64,000 nucleotides of DNA from Gammaproteobacteria bacterium (GCA_018667355.1 JABIVC010000013.1:3296-67295); one strand, 5' to 3'; positions 53,430 to 64,000 are shown, counted from the stretch's first letter. Notes: generated from the sequence alone by a model not told the origin. Translations and numbers: made by a program.

Positions 53430-54718
53430 AACAAGTATTTCATATTTTCTGGATTTTTATTGCTTTGTTTAGCACATATGGCATGTCACATCCTAATATA
53501 GAAGCTGTGAAAACAAATACAAACTATTTACTAATCCAGGAAAGCTCATTACCAATAGTTGATATAGAGATATCTATTAATAGTGGCAGTAAAGATGATG
53601 GTAGTCTCAAAGGAATAACAAATTACTCTATTGAGCTCCTTCACCAACAAAAAATTAATGAAGAGAAAATTATTCATTCTTTTGAAAAGATTGGCGCATC
53701 ATATAGCTCATCTGTGAATCGTGACTCAAGTTCTTTATCGATTAGATTTATAAAGAATAGTTATAATATAGATTTTGTTTCAAATAAATTAAATGAAATA
53801 TTAAAAGCTGATAATTTAGATGTTGAATCTCTAGAGTATACTAGAGAAGTAATCATTAATGATATAATTTCTAGAGATTTAAGCCCAGCATCGATCATTG
53901 CATACAAGGCAGATGAAGAGTTTTTTACTGGCACTGGATATTCCCATCCTGTTTCTGGTTATAAGAATATTATTGAAGATATAGATATTGCTGATATTCA
54001 AAAACACCTCAAAAATATAATTAATATAAATAATATTAAAATAAGTATAGTCGGAGATATTAATGAAAATGAAGCAGCAAGTTTTATTTCAAGGTCTTTA
54101 TATAATATACCAGTTCATAAAAAAAATATTTCCACTATAAATAAACTAAATTATAAAGGGAACGGTATGTTAAATAATATTAGTCATGATAGTAATCAGA
54201 CTCATATATCAATATATATCCCTTCAATAACAAGAAAACATAAGAATTATTATAATATGTTAGTCGCTAATTATATTTTTGGGGGAAGTGGTTTTGGCTC
54301 AATGCTCATGCAGGAAATTAGAGAAAAAAATGGACTTGCTTATTCCGTATATAGTTACTTATTACCTTATAATGATATCGGTATCCTTAAGATTGGGATG
54401 CAAACAGAAACAAAAAATACTAAGAAAGCACTAAATATATTAAAGAATGAAATAAATAAATTAGAAATATTTGATATTAGTAATCAAACTATTCAAAAAG
54501 CAAAAACTGGATTATTAAAAAGTTTTGAATCCAGATTAGATACTAATAAAAAAATGCTCAGAAATTTGTCTGCTATAAATTACTATGATATGCATGATGA
54601 TTATTTTGAAAATTATATCAAAGGCATTAATTCTGTAACAAAAGAAAGCATAATATCTTCTCTTAAATCTGACCTGGACTTTGATAAAATATTAGTTACT
54701 ACAGTTGGTAATAATTAA
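53426..54718 (+). CDS. M16 family peptidase, non-catalytic partner subunit
   Basis: LPIVDI, HPVSG, GGSGFGSMLMQEIREKNGLAYSVYS; no HxxEH motif. Confidence 0.85.
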   Translation: MKQVFHIFWIFIALFSTYGMSHPNIEAVKTNTNYLLIQESSLPIVDIEISINSGSKDDGSLKGITNYSIELLHQQKINEEKIIHSFEKIGASYSSSVNRDSSSLSIRFIKNSYNIDFVSNKLNEILKADNLDVESLEYTREVIINDIISRDLSPASIIAYKADEEFFTGTGYSHPVSGYKNIIEDIDIADIQKHLKNIININNIKISIVGDINENEAASFISRSLYNIPVHKKNISTINKLNYKGNGMLNNISHDSNQTHISIYIPSITRKHKNYYNMLVANYIFGGSGFGSMLMQEIREKNGLAYSVYSYLLPYNDIGILKIGMQTETKNTKKALNILKNEINKLEIFDISNQTIQKAKTGLLKSFESRLDTNKKMLRNLSAINYYDMHDDYFENYIKGINSVTKESIISSLKSDLDFDKILVTTVGNN

Positions 54719-55291
54719 TTGGCAAACAAAAAGATCAGAATTACTGCTGGGCACTTAAAATCCAGATATCTTTCATTCGATGGCAATGATTCGCTAAAGC
54801 CTACAAAATCGTATATCAGAGAGACTATATTCAATGTAGTCAACATACATAAAAATATGACCAGTTTAGACTTGTTTTCTGGGAGCGGAATCTTATCTGC
54901 AGAAGCTATATCTAGAGGTATCAAAAAATCTATATTAGTTGAAAATGACAAGAAATCTTATAAGAGAATAAAACAGGAATTTTCGTTATTAGGCATAGAT
55001 AATTATGAGATTTTTGGAATAGATGCTTTACAATATCTAAGAAATAATGATGAATCAAAGTATGATTTAATTTTTTTAGACCCTCCGTATAGTAGTGACT
55101 TGTTAGAAAAATGCATTATCACCTTAGATGAATTAAGTTATTTAAGTAAAAATACATACATATACTATGAACAGAGGAAAAAAGATTATAATCAAAAGCT
55201 TGTGTCTATAATAACTAAGACACATAATGTATTAAAAGATTTGAATATTGGTGATGTAAGTTATACGATAGCTAAAATTAAGGAAAACTGA
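54719..55291 (+). CDS. rsmD: 16S rRNA m2G966 methyltransferase
   Basis: IRITAG, PT...RETIFN, LDLFSGSG.L..EA.SRG, FLDPPY; TTG start. Confidence 0.92.
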   Translation: MANKKIRITAGHLKSRYLSFDGNDSLKPTKSYIRETIFNVVNIHKNMTSLDLFSGSGILSAEAISRGIKKSILVENDKKSYKRIKQEFSLLGIDNYEIFGIDALQYLRNNDESKYDLIFLDPPYSSDLLEKCIITLDELSYLSKNTYIYYEQRKKDYNQKLVSIITKTHNVLKDLNIGDVSYTIAKIKEN

Positions 55292-55770
55292 TGGAAAAAA
55301 TAGCAGTATATCCAGGGACTTTTGACCCAATAACTAACGGTCATACAGATTTAGCCAAAAGAGGCTGTAAAGTCTTTGATAAAATAATCATCGCTGTTGC
55401 AGAGAATCCTCAAAAGAAAACATTATTTTCTGTTATCGAGAGAATAGATTTTATAAAAAATATTTTCTCTGAAGAAAAAAAAATTGAAGTATATCCATTG
55501 AATAAACTTTTGGTGCAGTTTGCAAAAGATTATTCTGCTACAGTGATACTAAGAGGTCTTAGAGCTGTTTCTGATTTTGAATACGAAGTCCAGTTAGCCA
55601 GCATGAATAGGTCAATGGAACCTAGTATTGAGAGTGTGTTTATGAGTCCTGCTGAAGAATTTGGATTTTTATCCTCAAGCATTATTAAAGATATTGCTAG
55701 ACATAATGGTAAATTAGAGAAGTTTGTCCACAAGGATGTATTAAAAGCACTTCGTAAAAAGTATTCTTGA
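55291..55770 (+). CDS. coaD: Phosphopantetheine adenylyltransferase
   Basis: YPGTFDPITNGH, RGLRAVSDFEYE, LSSS. Confidence 0.96.
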   Translation: MEKIAVYPGTFDPITNGHTDLAKRGCKVFDKIIIAVAENPQKKTLFSVIERIDFIKNIFSEEKKIEVYPLNKLLVQFAKDYSATVILRGLRAVSDFEYEVQLASMNRSMEPSIESVFMSPAEEFGFLSSSIIKDIARHNGKLEKFVHKDVLKALRKKYS

Positions 55771-56580
55771 CTATTTTTGGCATATGCTGCAGTAAAAAGA
55801 TGATCTTCCCGAGAGTTTAATATTTTTTACCATTGTCCCACATTTACAAATATCACAACCATAAATCATAAGTTTTTGTTTAAAATACCCCGGAGTACCA
55901 TCTAAGGTTTTAAAATCTTTTAAAGTTGTACCTCCAGATTTAATAGACTTTTTCAATACAAATTTGATAGATTTAGCTAACTCATCGCATTGTTTAAGAG
56001 TGACATATTTGCACTTCCTATGAGGTCTAATAGATGACAAAAATAGTGCTTCGCAAGCATAAATGTTCCCGACCCCAACTACAATATTTTGATTCATAAT
56101 TAAGTTTTTAATCGCAGTATTTCTATTTCTGCACTTATTTTTTAGATATTCACCATCAAATTCTTGTGACAGTGGTTCAGGTCCAAGGTTCTTAATCAAG
56201 AAATGATCTTTAAGATTTTTTACCCAATGGATAGATCCAAATTTTCTAACATCGTTGTATCTTAAGATTGTTTTATCTTTCAAATGGATTTCATAATGAT
56301 CATGTTTCCCAATACTGTTTAAGTCCATCTGACCTATAAATTTTATAATACCCGTCATCCCTAAATGTATAATCAAGTACCCATCATCTAATCTTAAGAT
56401 GATATGTTTGCCTCTTCTGTAAATATTTTGTATATTTTTATTTTTTACTACATCAGGAATATTTTTATTTATATCCCATCTTAACTTGCTATTCATAATA
56501 ATAAACTTACCAATTGTCATGGATTTAAGAGATTTATTAATAGCATTAACTACTGTTTCTACTTCAGGTAATTCAGGCAT
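55771..56580 (-). CDS. mutM: Formamidopyrimidine-DNA glycosylase
   Basis: MPELPEVETV, RRGK, HLGMTG, D.RKFG, GVGNIYACE, C-terminal zinc finger. Confidence 0.96.
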   Translation of the reverse strand: MPELPEVETVVNAINKSLKSMTIGKFIIMNSKLRWDINKNIPDVVKNKNIQNIYRRGKHIILRLDDGYLIIHLGMTGIIKFIGQMDLNSIGKHDHYEIHLKDKTILRYNDVRKFGSIHWVKNLKDHFLIKNLGPEPLSQEFDGEYLKNKCRNRNTAIKNLIMNQNIVVGVGNIYACEALFLSSIRPHRKCKYVTLKQCDELAKSIKFVLKKSIKSGGTTLKDFKTLDGTPGYFKQKLMIYGCDICKCGTMVKNIKLSGRSSFYCSICQK

Positions 56581-56649
56581 TATAATAGGTATTTATTGGA
56601 CATAATTTTAAATGTATCATATGATGAATCTAATCTTAAATATATAAAA

Positions 56650-57834
56650 ATGATAGACATAATAATTAATGGAATAGTAGAGTTTACATGGATTGGCTAT
56701 GTAATTTATACACTTATAGTAACCCACATAACTATTGTGGCAATAACACTCTATCTTCATAGGGGAGTATGTCATTCTGCCATTGAAATTAAGCCTGCTT
56801 TAGGACATTTCTTTAGATTTTGGCTATGGCTAACAACTTCAATGAGAACAGCTGACTGGGTGGCTATACACCGCAAGCATCATGCAAAAGTTGAGACAAT
56901 CGATGATCCGCATAGCCCTGCATTTTATGGCATTAAGAATGTACTATTACGTGGTGCTGACTTATATCATGATGAAAAAAATAATGCTGAAACTATATCG
57001 AAATATTCTCAAAATTGCCCTAAAGATTGGGTAGAAGAACATGTTTATACGGGAAGAAATAATCAAGGTATATTAATTTTATTTATAGGTAATATTTTAT
57101 TATTTGGAGTTGTTGGTATTATAATTTGGGCTATTCAAATGGCCTGGACTCCTATATTTGCAGCCGGTGGCATAAATGGGGCAGGACACTATTGGGGATA
57201 TAGGAACTATGATACTAGCGATGATTCTACTAATATGGCTCCAGTAGGAATTTTGATAGGTGGAGAAGAATTACATAACAATCATCATGCGTTTCCAACA
57301 GCTGCTAAGTTTTCATTAAAACCGTGGGAATTTGATATTGGGTGGTTATATATTAAAATATTTTCAGCCATAGGTCAGATAAATGTAAAAAGGTTGGCAC
57401 CTAAAACAGTAGTTAATGATCCGAGTGAGACCCTTGATTCTGAGACAGGTTATGCATTATTGAGATCAAAGTTAACAGTTATTACAAATTATACAAAGAC
57501 TGTTTTGAGCCCATTATTAAAACAAGAATCTATGCAAGCAAGTAATGAATTCAAAACTCTTCTAAAACGTTCTAAACCGTCTTTGGTAAGAGAGCCTCAC
57601 AGGATATCTAACCAGGAAATAGTAACTTTGGATGAGATATTTAAAAAATCTGTTGCTTTAAAAACTGCTTACAATTTAAAGAATAAACTTTTTGATATTT
57701 TACATTCAAGAAACTTAAAACATGAAAGTTTTATTGAGACTATAAATGCCTGGAGAGATGAAGCTCAAAATGAAGGTATCGATTGTTTAATTGATTTTTC
57801 CAATAGCTTGAAAGGTTATAAAGTAATCAAGTAG
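56650..57834 (+). CDS. desA: Membrane fatty acid desaturase (DesA type) with C-terminal helical tail
   Basis: His boxes HRGVCH, HRKHH and GEELHNNHH; ATG 56650 more plausible than TTG 56596. Confidence 0.88.
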   Translation: MIDIIINGIVEFTWIGYVIYTLIVTHITIVAITLYLHRGVCHSAIEIKPALGHFFRFWLWLTTSMRTADWVAIHRKHHAKVETIDDPHSPAFYGIKNVLLRGADLYHDEKNNAETISKYSQNCPKDWVEEHVYTGRNNQGILILFIGNILLFGVVGIIIWAIQMAWTPIFAAGGINGAGHYWGYRNYDTSDDSTNMAPVGILIGGEELHNNHHAFPTAAKFSLKPWEFDIGWLYIKIFSAIGQINVKRLAPKTVVNDPSETLDSETGYALLRSKLTVITNYTKTVLSPLLKQESMQASNEFKTLLKRSKPSLVREPHRISNQEIVTLDEIFKKSVALKTAYNLKNKLFDILHSRNLKHESFIETINAWRDEAQNEGIDCLIDFSNSLKGYKVIK

Positions 57835-57835
57835 A

Positions 57836-57991
57836 CTATTTAATCTTCCCTTCTTTATACATTACATATTTTCTAATAGTTGGATCAAATTTTTTGATTT
57901 CTAGCTTATCAGGCATAGTCTTTTTATTCTTCGTAGTAGTATAAAAATGACCTGTTCCAGCTGATGAATTTAATCTTATTTTTTCTCTCAT
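57836..57991 (-). CDS. rpmG: 50S ribosomal protein L33 (not in ORF track)
   Basis: Manual translation: [51 protein letters not shown]; directly downstream of rpmB. Confidence 0.96.
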   Translation of the reverse strand: MREKIRLNSSAGTGHFYTTTKNKKTMPDKLEIKKFDPTIRKYVMYKEGKIK

Positions 57992-57995
57992 GGTC

Positions 57996-58220
57996 TTATG
58001 TAATATCGTATTTTTCTAGAGCCTTATCGAGACCATATTTATCTATGATTCTGAGACCTTTAGATGATAGTTTTAGCTTAATCCACTTATTTTGTGCTTC
58101 AGACCAAAGTCTGTGCATATGAAGATTAGGTTCAAATGTTCTTCTTGTTCTATTCTTGGCATGCGAGACATTATTTCCCGACATAACCGCTTTTTTTGTA
58201 ATCTGACAAATTTTAGACAC
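57996..58220 (-). CDS. rpmB: 50S ribosomal protein L28
   Basis: [29 protein letters not shown] start with GGAG Shine-Dalgarno. Confidence 0.96.
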   Translation of the reverse strand: MSKICQITKKAVMSGNNVSHAKNRTRRTFEPNLHMHRLWSEAQNKWIKLKLSSKGLRIIDKYGLDKALEKYDIT

Positions 58221-58299
58221 TTTAATTCTCCAAACTCAATAATGATATCAGAAACGTATTCATATACAATATATATATAAAAAAATAACACAGGAAAAG

Positions 58300-58662
58300 A
58301 TGATGGATATAGTGTTTATAAAGGAATTATGCATAGAAACTGTAATTGGTATTTATGATTGGGAGAGAAAAATTAAACAAGTTGTCTGTATCGATTTAGA
58401 GCTTGGAACAGAGATAAAGCAGGCTTCTGAGTCTGAAAACATAGAATATACTGTTGATTATAAAGCTGTAGCTAAGAAAACCAAGGCTTTAATTCAAGAA
58501 AGCGAGTTCTTCTTAATAGAAACATTAGCTGAAGAAACAATTAAAATGATATTTAGAGATTTCAATATTACACATGTTAAAGGAAGGTTCAGTAAACTGG
58601 GTGCCGTAACAGGTTCAAAAGAGGTCGGAGTAATCATTGAAAGGAATAGAGATGACTCATAA
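58300..58662 (+). CDS. folB: Dihydroneopterin aldolase
   Basis: D.VFI..L...TVIGIYDWER..KQ, VDY, LIETLAE, VGV.IER. Confidence 0.93.
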   Translation: MMDIVFIKELCIETVIGIYDWERKIKQVVCIDLELGTEIKQASESENIEYTVDYKAVAKKTKALIQESEFFLIETLAEETIKMIFRDFNITHVKGRFSKLGAVTGSKEVGVIIERNRDDS

Positions 58663-59143
58663 AGTCTATATCGGCATTGGCAGCAATCTTAATAAAGAAA
58701 CTAATATTAAATCATGCATAGATGAACTAAGAAAGTCTTATGGAGCAATTATACTTTCGCCTATATATGAGACATCGTCCATGGGCTTTAATGGGCCTAA
58801 TTTTTACAATCTTGTTTGTTCATTCACAACAAAACTAGAAATATACGATTTAAAGTCTCACTTAAACTCTATCGAAAATGATCATGGAAGACACTTTAAT
58901 GAAACTAAATTCAGCTCTAGAACTTTGGATATTGACATCTTATATTATGATAATCTTATCATTTCTAATAATAAGATTAAAATACCCAGAAAAGAGATAA
59001 TCGAGTATGATTTTGTATTAACCCCATTAATAGATATAGCTCCTGATTTAATACATCCAGAATTAAAAATATCGCATTCTGAAATAATGAAAAAACACGA
59101 TATTGAAAAGCAAATAATTTCAAGAATTAATCTTGATTTATAA
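58652..59143 (+). CDS. folK: 2-amino-4-hydroxy-6-hydroxymethyldihydropteridine diphosphokinase
   Basis: YIGIGSNL, SPIYET, FYNLV, RTLDIDIL, FVL.PL; start ATG 58652. Confidence 0.93.
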   Translation: MTHKVYIGIGSNLNKETNIKSCIDELRKSYGAIILSPIYETSSMGFNGPNFYNLVCSFTTKLEIYDLKSHLNSIENDHGRHFNETKFSSRTLDIDILYYDNLIISNNKIKIPRKEIIEYDFVLTPLIDIAPDLIHPELKISHSEIMKKHDIEKQIISRINLDL

Positions 59144-59145
59144 CT

Positions 59146-59580
59146 ATGAATTTTTTAGCACAGTGCGTAATTTCTTATTTAGGTTTAATACCCTATTTTT
59201 ATTTGTTAATAGATTTATTTTTTATAGAAGCACTAAGCCCGGAAATCATATATGATATCATGCTGTATAATACCTTGATAATAATTACATTTATTGGTGC
59301 TATTAATTGGGACTTTAAGAATAATTATGTCATCTACACTATCTATGGATTTATACCTAGTTTAGTTGCATTTTTCATTATGGTCTTGAATGTATTGGGC
59401 TATGAGCAAGATGTCCTGTTTTTAGCAGTCGTATCTTTCTTGCTATTCCAATTATTTATTGATTATTTTAGTTATTTGAATAATAAAATTAGTTTTTCTA
59501 TAATTTACTATATAAGGATACCAGTAACATTAGTCCTTAGTAGCTTACTAATTATACCAATATTATTTAGCCACCCATAA
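59146..59580 (+). CDS. Membrane protein, DUF3429-like
   Basis: Hydrophobic; YLGLIPY...Y...I.TFIGAINW pattern. Confidence 0.55.
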   Translation: MNFLAQCVISYLGLIPYFYLLIDLFFIEALSPEIIYDIMLYNTLIIITFIGAINWDFKNNYVIYTIYGFIPSLVAFFIMVLNVLGYEQDVLFLAVVSFLLFQLFIDYFSYLNNKISFSIIYYIRIPVTLVLSSLLIIPILFSHP

Positions 59581-59582
59581 TA

Positions 59583-60323
59583 TTACATATTTAGTTTTCT
59601 GCCACCATCTATGTTGATATTCTGTCCAGTAACATAACCAGCATCTTGTATTAGAAACAGTATTGCTTTGGCAATATCATTCGGTTCACCTGAACGTCTT
59701 AGAGCAATCCGTGAGAGTATTTCTTTCTTTTTTTTTGTGTTACTAATATCTGCTTCAGGCCACATTATAGCACCTGGAGATACACCATTTACTCTAACAT
59801 TAGGAGCCAAATCTTTAGCAAGTGTTTTAGTTAAGGCTAATAAGCCCGCCTTACTAATATTGTAAATGATATGATCCTTCAAAGGAGGATCTATATGTAT
59901 ATCTATTATATTTATTATGGAACCCTTTCTTTTTTTTAGCTCTGGATAGAATTCCTTAGATAAAAATAATGGAACTTTTAGATTAGTATCAATTATATCA
60001 AACCATGATTTTTCAGTTATATTAGCTATTTTAGTTGGGTAAAACTTAGAAGCATTATTTATTAAAACATCAACCCTCCCAAAAATTTTAATAGCCTTCT
60101 TGTAAATGAGTGAGCATATTTTTTTTGAGGTAAAACTTGCTTTAATAGTAGCAAATGAATTTGGCCTTAACTTATTTAGACGTTTTGATAGAGATTTAGC
60201 CTCAAGGCCAGACTTATTATAAGTAATAATTATATTATAACCTGATGCATGAAGATACTTAGCAGCAGCCATGCCAATCCTTCTTGCTCCACCAGTAATA
60301 AAAACTGTTCTAGTTATAGCCAT
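59583..60323 (-). CDS. Pteridine reductase (SDR family)
   Basis: TGGARRIG, LINNAS.FYPT, YNISKAG, VNGVSPGAIMWPE; near folB/folK. Confidence 0.88.
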   Translation of the reverse strand: MAITRTVFITGGARRIGMAAAKYLHASGYNIIITYNKSGLEAKSLSKRLNKLRPNSFATIKASFTSKKICSLIYKKAIKIFGRVDVLINNASKFYPTKIANITEKSWFDIIDTNLKVPLFLSKEFYPELKKRKGSIINIIDIHIDPPLKDHIIYNISKAGLLALTKTLAKDLAPNVRVNGVSPGAIMWPEADISNTKKKKEILSRIALRRSGEPNDIAKAILFLIQDAGYVTGQNINIDGGRKLNM

Positions 60324-60380
60324 AGATATATATTAAGGGTAAATTAAAAAATGTACACTATAATTAAGAATATATAAGTT

Positions 60381-61511
60381 ATGAAATCATTAATAGAGTC
60401 ATATTTAACAGATAAAATTAATAAAGAGAGTGAAATACTTTTCTCTGAGTTTATGGATATATCTCTATATCATAAAAATTATGGCTACTATATAAGTAAA
60501 AAGCAAATATTTGGTAAAAAAGGTGACTTTGTAACTTCTCCTATAAATTCAACTTTATTTGGGGAATCTATTTCTAATGAGTTCATTAATCTCAAATCAA
60601 ACACTAACGAAGATCTCATCATTATAGAACTGGGAGGTGGAGACGCGAGTCTAGCGATAAATCTTTTAAAAAACTTAAAAAAAAATAAATGCTTACCTAA
60701 TAAATATGTACTACTAGAGATATCTACTAACTTAATTAAATTACAAAAAAATAATATTAAAAATGCTATCCCTGATTTATATAACTTGTTCGAATGGAAA
60801 AATTCTTTAGAAAACTTTTCAATGAATGGCTTGGTAATAGCCAATGAGTTCTTTGATGCTTTACCTACAGAGAGGTTCAAAATTGTGAATGACAACATTG
60901 AATGTTTATATATTGGAATGAATAATGATAAGTATAAATATATTTGGAAAAGCGCATCACCTAAACTAATAAATGAGTTATGTCTAGCAAAGAATGGTCA
61001 TGAAATATTTTTTGAAAACAATTATATAAGTGAAGTTAATCTAAATTATATGAAATGGATGGAATCTCTAGATAAAGTTTTAAAATCTGGTGTAATATTT
61101 TCAATAGATTATGGATATAATAGTAAAGAGTATTTTTTGAGAGATAGAAATGAAGGAACTTTAGTTTGCGCGCATAAACATCAGTCAAACTTTAACCCAA
61201 TGACTAATATAGGCGAACAAGATTTATCATCTTTTGTAAACTTTTCACACCTAAGTAATATTTGCTCAAGATTGGATATAAACGTTGATGGTTATCTTAC
61301 GCAATCTAATTTTTTAATAAATTTAGGTATTTTAGATTTATTTCAAAGTAAGAAATTGTCCGATATGGAAAAGTTAGATGAATTAAACAGATTGAAAAAT
61401 ATTCTTTTGCCAAATACAATGGGTGAAATATTTAAAGTTCTAGTAATGAAAAAAAATGTAAATATCCCGCTCTTATCTACCAAAGAATTTAATCACATAC
61501 ATAAGCTTTAA
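60381..61511 (+). CDS. SAM-dependent methyltransferase, MidA/NDUFAF7 family
   Basis: FM...LY....GYY, GDFVTSP, ELGGG, ANEFFDALP, IDYG, QDL..VNF, MGE.FKV. Confidence 0.88.
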   Translation: MKSLIESYLTDKINKESEILFSEFMDISLYHKNYGYYISKKQIFGKKGDFVTSPINSTLFGESISNEFINLKSNTNEDLIIIELGGGDASLAINLLKNLKKNKCLPNKYVLLEISTNLIKLQKNNIKNAIPDLYNLFEWKNSLENFSMNGLVIANEFFDALPTERFKIVNDNIECLYIGMNNDKYKYIWKSASPKLINELCLAKNGHEIFFENNYISEVNLNYMKWMESLDKVLKSGVIFSIDYGYNSKEYFLRDRNEGTLVCAHKHQSNFNPMTNIGEQDLSSFVNFSHLSNICSRLDINVDGYLTQSNFLINLGILDLFQSKKLSDMEKLDELNRLKNILLPNTMGEIFKVLVMKKNVNIPLLSTKEFNHIHKL

Positions 61512-61512
61512 T

Positions 61513-62283
61513 ATGGAATTTATACATATATTAATATTATCAGCGATACAAGGTATAACAGAATTCTTACCTATATCGAGTCAATCTCATTTAATACTCA
61601 CAACCTATATATTGGGTTTAAATGATCAGGGGGTAGGATTTGATATTGCGCTTCACACAGGGTCTTTGATTGCTATCCTAATCTATTACAGAAATGAGGT
61701 TAATAAAATATTATCACTAACCAATGAGGGTCTAGATTATCTTAAGTTAATATTAATTGGCTCTATACCGCTACCAATTATAGGCTTGTTATTTATTGAT
61801 ATAGTCTCTGCAAATATGCGCTCTGTTGACTCTATTGCTTTGATGACTTTATTATTTGCAGTTATTTTATATTTTGCTGATTATAAGCAAAAAAAAGAAC
61901 TAACCAATCTAACTAATATTAGTATTTTTACCATTATCTTTATTGGCTTAATGCAGACATTAGCTATAATGCCAGGCGTTTCAAGATCAGGTATTGTCAT
62001 TACAGCAGCATTATTAGTAAACTTTAGCAGAGAGGATTCTATTAAGATTGCTTTTTTATTGTCTATGCCCGCTATTTTTATGGCAACTGTATATCAATCT
62101 ATGCAGTTATATGAAATCAGAAATATTGAAATTTTAAATGAACATTTATTAGGAATGTTTTTATCTTTCATCTTTTCATACATTACTATCCATCTATTTA
62201 TATCGACGATAAATAAAATATCTTTTACTCCATATATTATTTATAGATTAATATTAGGTATAGCTTTAATCGGATTTATTTAA
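61513..62283 (+). CDS. uppP: Undecaprenyl-diphosphate phosphatase
   Basis: [29 protein letters not shown]. Confidence 0.93.
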   Translation: MEFIHILILSAIQGITEFLPISSQSHLILTTYILGLNDQGVGFDIALHTGSLIAILIYYRNEVNKILSLTNEGLDYLKLILIGSIPLPIIGLLFIDIVSANMRSVDSIALMTLLFAVILYFADYKQKKELTNLTNISIFTIIFIGLMQTLAIMPGVSRSGIVITAALLVNFSREDSIKIAFLLSMPAIFMATVYQSMQLYEIRNIEILNEHLLGMFLSFIFSYITIHLFISTINKISFTPYIIYRLILGIALIGFI

Positions 62284-63387
62284 GAAATATCTTATCGCAT
62301 CTTGTGCAATTTCTATATGTGCATTTTCAATAATTTTTTTAATTTCAAGACCAGGCTTTTTTTGGTTTTCATCACTTAGTTTAAAGTTGTTTATATTTTT
62401 AATTAAATTATCAAAAAAAATCTTATGTATTTTCATATCAGGTGTTCTATCTGCATCCTGATATGCACATCGCATAAACGAGTTTAATCTGTCTTTTTTA
62501 CGAATATCTATTTTTTTTATGATAGATAAAAGCGAATCATACTCCTCAATGCAATTTGGTAGATATCCAACATATTCTTCATAACAGTTTGATAATAATA
62601 ATGCTAAGCTTTTGTATTCATTTGGCACTTTTAGATTTTGACAAAAAGATTCAATTAATTCAGGATTTCTTATCCAGTTACATAACGCAACTGAGATACG
62701 TTCAATTTTGGTCGCATCTTCAGGGCACATTGGTGAATTAGGCGAACTATGAGGTTCATCTTGAATTTCAGGAAATAATCTATCTCTAGCATTATGAGTA
62801 ATTAAAAAATTGAAGAAAAATCCTAAGTCCTTTTCAGCTGCCTTGTATATTTCAAGCCACTTTCTCTCTGGCGTTAGATGTTCTAGTTCTCCGCTTTCAA
62901 CAATTTCTTTTATTTTAGCAACTGTTGCTGGAACAACCACAAAATCTCCAGAAAATTTTGCATAAAATCTTGCGACTCTTAAAACCCTTAAAGGATCTTC
63001 AGAGAATGCATCAGAGACATGTCTTAATTTTTTATTTTTTATATCATCTTGCCCATTGAATGGATCAATGAGGTTTCCATCCTCATCTTGTGCTATTGCA
63101 TTGATAGTTAAATCTCTTCTAGACAAGTCCTCTTCAAGTGTAACATTGGGGTTAGTATCAAACTCAAATCCTGCATAACCATGACCTGATTTCCTCTCAG
63201 TTCTTGCAAGAGCATATTCTTCACCTGTTTTAGGATTTATGAATACCGGAAAGTCTTTGCCTACTTGTTTGAATTTTTTTGCACGCATTTCTTCAGGTGT
63301 TGATCCAACAACAACCCAATCACGATCTTTTACTGGTATGTTTAACAATTGATCTCTGATAGCACCGCCAACCAAATAAATTTTCAT
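62266..63387 (-). CDS. cca: CCA-adding tRNA nucleotidyltransferase (no HD domain)
   Basis: YLVGGAIRD...[44 protein letters not shown]. Confidence 0.93.
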   Translation of the reverse strand: MKIYLVGGAIRDQLLNIPVKDRDWVVVGSTPEEMRAKKFKQVGKDFPVFINPKTGEEYALARTERKSGHGYAGFEFDTNPNVTLEEDLSRRDLTINAIAQDEDGNLIDPFNGQDDIKNKKLRHVSDAFSEDPLRVLRVARFYAKFSGDFVVVPATVAKIKEIVESGELEHLTPERKWLEIYKAAEKDLGFFFNFLITHNARDRLFPEIQDEPHSSPNSPMCPEDATKIERISVALCNWIRNPELIESFCQNLKVPNEYKSLALLLSNCYEEYVGYLPNCIEEYDSLLSIIKKIDIRKKDRLNSFMRCAYQDADRTPDMKIHKIFFDNLIKNINNFKLSDENQKKPGLEIKKIIENAHIEIAQDAIRYFLNKSD

Positions 63388-64000
63388 TCACTTCTGCCTG
63401 CTTTCTTTCTTAGATTTTCAAAATGTTTCTGTTTTAATGTAATATTTAAATATCCTGGCACAATATCCTCAATTGACAATTTACCTTTGAGGCCCTCTGT
63501 GCTGCAACTATCGACTTGTAAAGATAAAAAGTTATCTAATGTAAATAATTGTCCTGGCAGCCTCTGAAAAATATTAGCTTGTAACTTAGATAAGCCATAA
63601 TTCAAAGGAATGATAATTCTTTTAATTTTTAATGCACTTAGTGTGATATTTATAAGTTCTCTAAATGTATATTCTTTTGGCCCGGTTACATCAAATAATT
63701 TACCATATGATGAACTATCGCTAATAGAATCTATTATGAAATCTGTTAACTCACTCACATAAATAGGCATAAATTTTGAATTAGGACAAGCAAGAGGGAA
63801 AATAGGAGAAAATTTCAGAATAGTCGAGAATTTATTAAAAAAGGAGTCATGTTCTCCGAATACAATAGATGGTCTAAAAATTGTCGTATTACAATAATAA
63901 TTCATATTATCTCTGATATAATTTTCAGCAAGGCCTTTAGTAACTAAATATTGACTTAGTGCGTTTGGATGTGCATTAAGAGAACTTATATGTAAATAGC
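63384..64000 (-). CDS. Complex I NDUFA9-like atypical SDR protein, N-terminus outside window
   Basis: Frame stays open upstream of 63905 to the window edge (HISSLNA...SQYLVTKG, YxxxK), then RPSIVFG..D.F.N.F and TGP..YT. Confidence 0.85.
   Translation of the reverse strand, partial: YLHISSLNAHPNALSQYLVTKGLAENYIRDNMNYYCNTTIFRPSIVFGEHDSFFNKFSTILKFSPIFPLACPNSKFMPIYVSELTDFIIDSISDSSSYGKLFDVTGPKEYTFRELINITLSALKIKRIIIPLNYGLSKLQANIFQRLPGQLFTLDNFLSLQVDSCSTEGLKGKLSIEDIVPGYLNITLKQKHFENLRKKAGRSE

Noticed and set aside
57400..57834. C-terminal tail of the desaturase resembles ISL3 transposase helical regions
   Set aside because: It is an in-frame tail typical of this DesA family; there is no DDE core, terminal inverted repeat or target duplication
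59583..64000. Mitochondria-like complex I factors (MidA/NDUFAF7, NDUFA9-like) near cca as a novel system
   Set aside because: As I recall, this neighbourhood is already common in Beta/Gammaproteobacteria; nothing here points to a new function

Overview
Dense, very AT-rich (about 30% GC by eye) core-chromosome segment of a genome-streamlined bacterium. Gene content and order point to a Gammaproteobacterium, possibly marine; this is inferred. It holds about 63 CDS (two cut by the window edges) and one tRNA-Phe(GAA). The genes are mostly housekeeping: polyamine synthesis, argS/priA, heme, PPi-PFK, repair (mutY, mutM, rdgB), Met/SAM cycle, glutathione, biotin, GOGAT, shikimate, primase, an aa3 oxidase operon, rpoH, folate and CCA addition. 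I saw no transposase, integrase, prophage or CRISPR array, and no convincing new multi-gene system. The most notable signals are non-coding or architectural. (1) The only long intergenic region, upstream of priA, has three DnaA boxes in DARS-core geometry plus a consensus IHF site and a fourth box. (2) The aroK-aroB-gltB-gltD-hemE block is circularly permuted and sits between yqeY and dnaG. (3) A -10 hexamer recurs 6 nt before start codons, suggesting leaderless mRNAs. (4) A CCA-less tRNA is wedged between yggX and an uncharacterised TPR/2OG-Fe(II) oxygenase gene. All calls come from motif recognition, with no database searches.
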